Source of the DNA: Myxococcota bacterium
GTDB lineage: Bacteria > Myxococcota > JACRCW01
NCBI GenBank assembly: GCA_040752415.1
Contig: JBFMGU010000038.1
Span: forward strand, 1 to 54,279
Direction of reading: 5' to 3'
Length of the DNA stretch: 54,279 nucleotides
Shown piece by piece: positions 48,615 to 54,279 of this stretch. The notes under the pieces are model-generated. The model saw nothing but the letters and a program-made list of their open reading frames with translations. It ran no database searches and was not told where the DNA came from. Position 1 is the first letter of the stretch. Every line of letters begins with the position of its first letter. Position numbers and translations under genes: made by a program.

Positions 48615-49367
48615 TCATGACCGCTTCTCCCGTCCCAGGAGGTCCAGGATGCCGTTGATCATGGTGAGGGGATGGGGCGGACAGCCCGGCAGGTAGAGGT
48701 CCGGCGCGTTGCGACCGAGGAAGCCGCGCTCCAGCTCCCCCGACGGAGCGAACACGCCGCCGCTGATGGCGCACGCACCCGCGGCGATGACGAAGCGCGG
48801 CGCGGGCATGCCCTCCCAGGTGAGCTCGAGGGCGCGGGCCATGTTGCGCGGGATGGGACCGCTGAGGATGAGCGCGTCGGCGTGACGCGGGGACGCCGCG
48901 AACTCGATGCCGTAGCGGCCCACGTCGAAGTTCACGTTGGCCATGGCGTTGATCTCCAGCTCACAGCCGTTGCACCCGCCCGCCGAGACTGAGCGGAGCC
49001 GGAGGCTGCGACCAAAGACCTTCCGGATGGCGTCGTCCTCCGGCACGTGCGGCGCGGCATGGCCCGGCTTGAGCACCAGGTCCTCGCGCGTGCGCGCCGC
49101 CATGCGCACCCCGGCGCTGAAGTCGACGGCGCCCTGCGGGCAGGCGTCCACGCAGTCCGCGCAGAACACGCAGCGACCCAGGTCCAACGTCAGCGGCGCG
49201 GCGGTGATGGCCTGCGTGGGGCAGGACTCCGTGCAGGCGTGGCAGTCGGGTGGGCAGCGTTTCTCGTCGAGGATGGGCAGGCCGCGGAAGCCCGCGGGTG
49301 AGGCGGTACGCACGTCCGGCACGTACTGCCTGCCCTGTTCCCACCTGGTCTTGAGCGCGTGGAACAT
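48615..49367 (-). CDS. Ehr/hydrogenase-4-like small subunit fused to 2[4Fe-4S] ferredoxin
   Basis: CPPDCHACTESCP, CVFCADCVDACP, GGCNGCELE, SPRHAD, GACAISGG, PGCPP. Confidence 0.9.
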   Translation of the reverse strand: MFHALKTRWEQGRQYVPDVRTASPAGFRGLPILDEKRCPPDCHACTESCPTQAITAAPLTLDLGRCVFCADCVDACPQGAVDFSAGVRMAARTREDLVLKPGHAAPHVPEDDAIRKVFGRSLRLRSVSAGGCNGCELEINAMANVNFDVGRYGIEFAASPRHADALILSGPIPRNMARALELTWEGMPAPRFVIAAGACAISGGVFAPSGELERGFLGRNAPDLYLPGCPPHPLTMINGILDLLGREKRS

Positions 49368-49376
49368 GCGGGCTCC

Positions 49377-50840
49377 TCACAAGTCATGTCCGCAGTAGGA
49401 CAGGTCAAAGCTCTTGTTGCAGATGGGGAAGTCGTAGATGTCGTTGTTGCGCACGGCGAGCGCGAGGCCGAACCAGTTGCGCAGCGAGGGATCCTGCACG
49501 CGGTAGTGCACCAGTTTTCCCTCGGGGCCGGTCTCCAGCGCGTGCACCACCTCGCCGCGCCAGCCCTCCGTCACCGCCACCGCCAGCGTGCTCGACGCCA
49601 ACGCGCCCATGGCCACCTTGCGCACCGGGACCTCGGTGCGGTCCTTCAGCGCCCGCAGGATCCACTCGAGCGAGGCGGGCAGCTCACGGGCCCGGATCAT
49701 CGCGCGGGACCAGCAATCACCGGCGGGCTCCACCGTCGTCGGGAGCGGGTGGCGGGTGAACGGCGCTCCCGGCAGCTCGGTGCGCAGGTCCACCGCGCGC
49801 CCGCTGGCGCGACCGACCATCCCCACCACGCCCATCTCGGTGGCCTGCGCCGTGGTCAGGATGCCGGTGCCCACGAGACGTTCCCGCACCGAGGCGGCGC
49901 TGAACATGTGCTCGTGGATGGTGTGGAAGTCGTGCGCCACCGCGGTCAGCGTGGAGCGGATGTCGGCCAGGGCCTCCGCGCTGATTCCCCGACGAGGTCC
50001 ACCGGGACGGAACCAACCGCGGGAGAAGCGGCTGCCGCACAGGCGCATGGAGAGGTTGATCACCGCGGTGCGCAGGCGACCGTAGGTGGACGAGCCGGGG
50101 AGGAAACCCACGTCGGTGGCAATGCCGGACAGGCCGGCCAGGTGCATGGCCATGCGCTCCAGCTCGTTGGCCACCGCTGTGACCAGGGCCGCGTCGTCGT
50201 CGGGCGGGATGCCGGCCAGCGCCTCCACCGCGCGACAGTACGCCGCCACGTGGGCCACCGAGGTGTCGCCGGCCAGGGATTCCACCAGCGGCGCCAGGCT
50301 CGTGGGCGGGCGCTGCAACAGGAGCGACTCCGCGCCGCGGTGCTGGTAGCCGAGCTGGATCTCGAGGTGATGCACCAGCTCACCCAGGCAGCTGAAGCGG
50401 AAGTGACCGGGCTCGATGACGCCGGCGTGCACCGGGCCCACGCCCACCTCGTGCACCTCCTTGCCTTCCAGCTTGAAGAACGGGTGCTCCTCCATCCGTC
50501 GCCCCGCCCACGACGGGAAACGCACCGGCTTGAGCCACGGGTGATCGGTGAAGCGCACGCCCAGCGCCTCGGTCAGCTCCCGCTCGAAGATGTGCATCTC
50601 CGGGAAGCTCGCGGTGAGGCTGCGGTGCTTGGCGGAGGCATCCAGCGTGGTGCGGAGCAGCTGCAGTCCCACGCCGGGAGAGAGCAGCACCACGGTGACC
50701 ACCACCTCGCCCTCGCCCTTGCGACCAAACAGGCTCAGCACCCGCGCGCCCTGCGCCCGACGGGCCTTGAGCTGCTCGGCCAGGTCGACGACGGAGAATG
50801 CCGGGATGTCTTCCGTCTTCATCACCAGGTGGGCCGTCAC
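49377..50840 (-). CDS. Ehr large subunit (HycE/HyfG-like, lacks Ni-binding Cys pairs)
   Basis: GPVHAGVIEPGHFRF, GYQHRG, EGWRGE, DPSLRNW, C-terminal DFPICNKSFDLSYCGHDL. Confidence 0.9.
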   Translation of the reverse strand: MTAHLVMKTEDIPAFSVVDLAEQLKARRAQGARVLSLFGRKGEGEVVVTVVLLSPGVGLQLLRTTLDASAKHRSLTASFPEMHIFERELTEALGVRFTDHPWLKPVRFPSWAGRRMEEHPFFKLEGKEVHEVGVGPVHAGVIEPGHFRFSCLGELVHHLEIQLGYQHRGAESLLLQRPPTSLAPLVESLAGDTSVAHVAAYCRAVEALAGIPPDDDAALVTAVANELERMAMHLAGLSGIATDVGFLPGSSTYGRLRTAVINLSMRLCGSRFSRGWFRPGGPRRGISAEALADIRSTLTAVAHDFHTIHEHMFSAASVRERLVGTGILTTAQATEMGVVGMVGRASGRAVDLRTELPGAPFTRHPLPTTVEPAGDCWSRAMIRARELPASLEWILRALKDRTEVPVRKVAMGALASSTLAVAVTEGWRGEVVHALETGPEGKLVHYRVQDPSLRNWFGLALAVRNNDIYDFPICNKSFDLSYCGHDL

Positions 50841-52276
50841 GGCAGGCCTCCCATCTGGTTCGCCACCTGCTGCAGCATGTCGCTCGCGGAGTCGGGCAGG
50901 AACACGCCCAGCAGGACCAGGATGGCCACGAAGACCATGTTGGACAGCGCCGACAACGCCGACTCGCGCGGCACGCCGCTCTGCTGCTGGCGCTCACCCC
51001 ACACCATGGGGAAGAGCGCGCGCCCGGTGACAATGAACACCACCGTGAGCAGGAAGCACATGGCCGCGAAGACGAAGTAGTGCCCGGTGTCGATGAGCGC
51101 GCTGAGGATGAGCACCTCACCCAGGAAGCTGCCAAAGGGCGCAAAGCCCAGCAGCGCGAAGGTGCCCAGCAGGAAGAACATCCCGCTGAAGGGCATCTCG
51201 TTCACCAGGTTGCGCAGCCGCGTCATGTCCTTGGTGCGGTAGTGCGACTTGATGAGGCCGCAGGTGAGGAACAGCACCGCCTTCACCAACGCGTTGCTGA
51301 ACACGTAGAGCAGCACGCCGTAGGCCGCGAGCTTGCCCACGCCCAATCCCACCGCAATGACGCCGGCGTGATTCATGGACGCGTAGGCAATGAAGCGCTT
51401 GTAGTTGGTGGTCCCCACGAGCTGCACGGTGGCCACCACCATGGTCCCCAGCCCCATGAACACCAGCTCGGTGGAGACCAGGTCACGCACCTCCGCGCGG
51501 TAGACGCTGAGCACGCGGAACAGGGCCAGCATCACCGCGTTGAACTGCACCGCGGCCAGCAGCGCGGTCACCGCGGGGGGCGCCTCGTCGTAGGTCTCGG
51601 GCAGCCACACGTGCATGGGCGCCAGGCCGGCCTTGGTGCCGTAACCCAGCAGGATGAGCGCCAAGCCCAAGCGGCTCCACACGTCGTGGCCCAGCTCATT
51701 GCGTGTGATCAGCTCGTCCACGTGGAAGGTCACGGTGTGCCCATGCTCACCCATGGCATGGCCCAGGCACGCGAGTCCCAGCAGCGCGAGTCCCAGCCCC
51801 ACCGTCGAGAACAGCAGGTAGCGCCACGCCGCCCGACGCGCCGCCTGCCGGTCCCGCAGCATCACCAGCAGCGTGCCCGCCAACGTGCTGGCCTCCAGCA
51901 GCACCCAGGTCAGCACGAGGTGATTGCTGAGGAGGGACAGCGCGCACAGCGAGTACAACGTGACTCCAAGCGCGGCGAAGCGCGGCAACATCGACGTCAA
52001 CTTCTCGCTGGTGCGGGTGCGCGTCACCACGTAGATGCTCACGCCCCAGAACACCGTGGTCACCAGCAGCAGGAACAGCCGCGCCGCGGTGTCCACGCGC
52101 AGGTAGCCGTCGAGCAGGCGCTCTTCCCGGGCCACGCCGTTGAACAGCCCCACCGCGAACGCCAGCGACACCGACGCGCCGGCCAGCAGCAACAACGCCG
52201 CGTGACGCACGCCCGCGCCCAGTCGCGCCGCGGCACCGGCCACCACCAACGGGGGAAGGACCCACAGCGCGCTCAT
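50837..52276 (-). CDS. hyfF: HyfF-like proton-translocating membrane subunit
   Basis: WVLLEASTL, AAWRY, GYGTKAGLAPMHVWLP, YKRFIAYAS, PFGSFLGE. Confidence 0.85.
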   Translation of the reverse strand: MSALWVLPPLVVAGAAARLGAGVRHAALLLLAGASVSLAFAVGLFNGVAREERLLDGYLRVDTAARLFLLLVTTVFWGVSIYVVTRTRTSEKLTSMLPRFAALGVTLYSLCALSLLSNHLVLTWVLLEASTLAGTLLVMLRDRQAARRAAWRYLLFSTVGLGLALLGLACLGHAMGEHGHTVTFHVDELITRNELGHDVWSRLGLALILLGYGTKAGLAPMHVWLPETYDEAPPAVTALLAAVQFNAVMLALFRVLSVYRAEVRDLVSTELVFMGLGTMVVATVQLVGTTNYKRFIAYASMNHAGVIAVGLGVGKLAAYGVLLYVFSNALVKAVLFLTCGLIKSHYRTKDMTRLRNLVNEMPFSGMFFLLGTFALLGFAPFGSFLGEVLILSALIDTGHYFVFAAMCFLLTVVFIVTGRALFPMVWGERQQQSGVPRESALSALSNMVFVAILVLLGVFLPDSASDMLQQVANQMGGLP

Positions 52277-52887
52277 AGGACCTCTCCCACGTCATTCTCG
52301 ACGCCACTGGCCGCGGGCATGGCGCTGAACCGCGCCGCCAGGAGCACCAGGCCCAGGAACACCGCGGAGACCATGGCCTGCAGGAACCACGGCAGGTGGT
52401 GTCCGCCCGTCACCTCGAAGAACAGGATGCCACTCTCGATCACCAGCAGGCCGAGCACCTGGCCCATGACGGTGCGCTGGTAGACCAGCGAGAACAGGCC
52501 CAGCATCACCTGGGAGAACGCCGCGCCCACCACCGTGGTCTGCGCCAGGTCCGTCGGGTAGAGGCGCGCGGCGAACCAGAAGCCCGCCACGCCGGTGGTG
52601 GTGGCCACGCACCACAGGAACAGGTTGGCGGGGAGCATCTCCACCGTGGCGTCGACGTCCCGCGCGTGGAAGGCCTGCCACAGGATGCTGGGTCCCAGCA
52701 CCGTGCGCGCCAGCACCAGGTCGGTGAGCAGCACCAGGCTGGCCGCGTCGACGTGGTCGGTGGACAGGGTCACCATGCACGCCATCAGCGCGCCCTGGAG
52801 CGAGAGCGCCACCAGCACCCCGCGCCACGACGAGAAGAGCAGCGCCAGCGCCATGGTGACCAGGAAGAGGATGGTGAGCAGGTTCAT
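52273..52887 (-). CDS. hyfE: HyfE-like membrane subunit
   Basis: Highly hydrophobic, LQG motif, QVLGLLVIESGI; lies between hyfC- and hyfF-like genes. Confidence 0.75.
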   Translation of the reverse strand: MNLLTILFLVTMALALLFSSWRGVLVALSLQGALMACMVTLSTDHVDAASLVLLTDLVLARTVLGPSILWQAFHARDVDATVEMLPANLFLWCVATTTGVAGFWFAARLYPTDLAQTTVVGAAFSQVMLGLFSLVYQRTVMGQVLGLLVIESGILFFEVTGGHHLPWFLQAMVSAVFLGLVLLAARFSAMPAASGVENDVGEVL

Positions 52888-53819
52888 GGCAAGAGCCCCC
52901 GCGTGAGCGCCGCCACCAACGTGCCGCCGCTGGCCACCATCACCGCCACCAGCCCGTAGTGCGGGATGAAGCGGATGCGGATGCGCGCCACCAGGGACTC
53001 CACCAGCCCCACCGCCACCGCCACCGCGCCAATCCCGACGAGAGAAGCCAACGCCGCGGGCAGCGGTGCGCTCTCCCAGCTCCACGGGTTCAACAGCCCG
53101 GCAATCAGGCCGGCGAAGATGAACAGCTTCAGCGCGGCGGCGTACATCAGCGCGGCCAGGTCGGGGCCGCTGTGGTCCAGGATCATGACCTCGTGGATCA
53201 TCGTCAGCTCGAGGTGGGTGGTGGGGTCGTCCACCGGGATGCGACCGCACTCCAGCTGCAACAGGAGGAACAGCGCGAGCGCGGCCAGCACGCGCAAGGT
53301 CACGTTCAACGTCGTGGGCGTCTCCGGCACCAGCAACGTCTGGAACGAGGTGTGCCCGCTCATGGCCGCCAGCGTCCCCAGCGCCAGGAAGAACGCGGGC
53401 TCCGCCACGGTGGCCAACGTGGCCTCCCGGCTGGCGCCCATGCCCTCGAAGGAGCTGGCGGTGTCGAGCGCGCCGAGCACCATGGCCATGCGCGCGAGGC
53501 CGGCGAGATAGGCGAAGGCCACGAAGTCGTATTCAAAGCCCGGTCCGTGCAGGCCGGGAACCCAGGGCACCATCAGCGCGCAGAGCAGCGTGGCGGCCAG
53601 CACCACCACCGGCGCCGCGCGAAACATCCACGACGTGGCGGTGCTGTACACGGGCTGCTTGCGCAGCAGTCGCAACAGGTCCGGCGCGGTCTGCCACAAC
53701 GAGGGACCCTTGCGACCGGCCCAGATGGCCTTGGTGCGCGTGATGACGCCGCTGAGCAGGATGGGCAGCAGCAGGATGCCGAGGGCGTGCAGGAGGAGGG
53801 TGGGCGCGTTCATGGTCAT
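52884..53819 (-). CDS. hyfC: HyfC/HycD-like (NuoH family) membrane subunit
   Basis: GRKGPSLWQ, LDTASSFEGMGASRE, GRIPVDDPTTHLELTMIHE. Confidence 0.88.
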   Translation of the reverse strand: MTMNAPTLLLHALGILLLPILLSGVITRTKAIWAGRKGPSLWQTAPDLLRLLRKQPVYSTATSWMFRAAPVVVLAATLLCALMVPWVPGLHGPGFEYDFVAFAYLAGLARMAMVLGALDTASSFEGMGASREATLATVAEPAFFLALGTLAAMSGHTSFQTLLVPETPTTLNVTLRVLAALALFLLLQLECGRIPVDDPTTHLELTMIHEVMILDHSGPDLAALMYAAALKLFIFAGLIAGLLNPWSWESAPLPAALASLVGIGAVAVAVGLVESLVARIRIRFIPHYGLVAVMVASGGTLVAALTRGLLP

Positions 53820-54279
53820 CCCGCTCCCAGGATGAGCAGCACCACCGCGGAGATGAAGACGAGGCCCGCGGCAAAGCTGGGTCCGTCATCCTCACGCAGC
53901 CAGCCCGAGACGCGCGCCACCGAGGATTCCCCCTCGCCCAGCACGCGGAACATGCGACGCTCCACCGCGTCCACGTGGTGCGTCTGCACGTGTCCGGTGG
54001 TGGGGAAGGGCCCCACGGGCAACGCGGTGCGCGAGACCTGCGGCAACAGCACGCGCAGCACCCCCGCGAATGGCGACGAGAACGACGTGCCGGAGTACTG
54101 CATGCGCGGCGAGGGTGCGTCGTAGCCACAGCCCCACGTCACGCTGCGCTCCGCCCGGCCGCGCAGGAGCAGCCACCGCGCCAGCAGCAGCATTCCCGCC
54201 GCCACCACCACCGCCACCGCGACGAGCGACACGGTGTGCAAGCGCGCGCCCGCCACGCCCAACGCCTCCTGCGCGGCCG
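53816..54279 (-). CDS. hyfB: HyfB-like membrane subunit, 3' part only (cut by window edge)
   Basis: TWGCGY...RMQYSGTSFS motif. Confidence 0.8.
   Translation of the reverse strand, partial: AAQEALGVAGARLHTVSLVAVAVVVAAGMLLLARWLLLRGRAERSVTWGCGYDAPSPRMQYSGTSFSSPFAGVLRVLLPQVSRTALPVGPFPTTGHVQTHHVDAVERRMFRVLGEGESSVARVSGWLREDDGPSFAAGLVFISAVVLLILGAG

Noticed and set aside
44579..48658. 1359-aa plus-strand ORF, and other long antisense ORFs such as 19655-22054, 35881-37854 and 8671-10632
   Set aside because: These are stop-poor shadow frames of high-GC genes that carry clear motifs on the opposite strand.

Overview
This is a very GC-rich bacterial window, almost certainly from the Myxococcota (MYXO-CTERM tail, Myxococcus Cys-rich repeats, sigma54 activators). 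It holds about 41 genes; I see no rRNA, tRNA, CRISPR array or transposase. Left to right: (1) a translationally coupled operon of ECF sigma, Zn-finger anti-sigma, exported caspase and lipoprotein; (2) a GAF-sigma54 activator, a repeat lipoprotein and a PHM-like copper monooxygenase whose Met ligand appears to be His; (3) several orphan proteins with disordered N-termini that look like secreted effectors; (4) a trigger-factor paralogue, a fibre-like protein, a methyltransferase and a double-transmitter kinase with a response regulator; (5) a Cys-rich C-type lectin protein and a pectate lyase; (6) an 11 kb glycan cluster (GH-A/GT2 fusion, ABC exporter, two APH-like kinases, GT-like protein, GalE, CBM9/outer-membrane protein); (7) a diguanylate cyclase, a MYXO-CTERM protein and a pseudo-receiver sigma54 activator; (8) a Ni-free Ehr (hydrogenase-4-like) operon cut by the window edge. 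Two intergenic inverted repeats with ~100-bp arms (13339-13615 and 42462-42751) are not explained by any gene. All calls come from reading motifs by eye; no database search was run.
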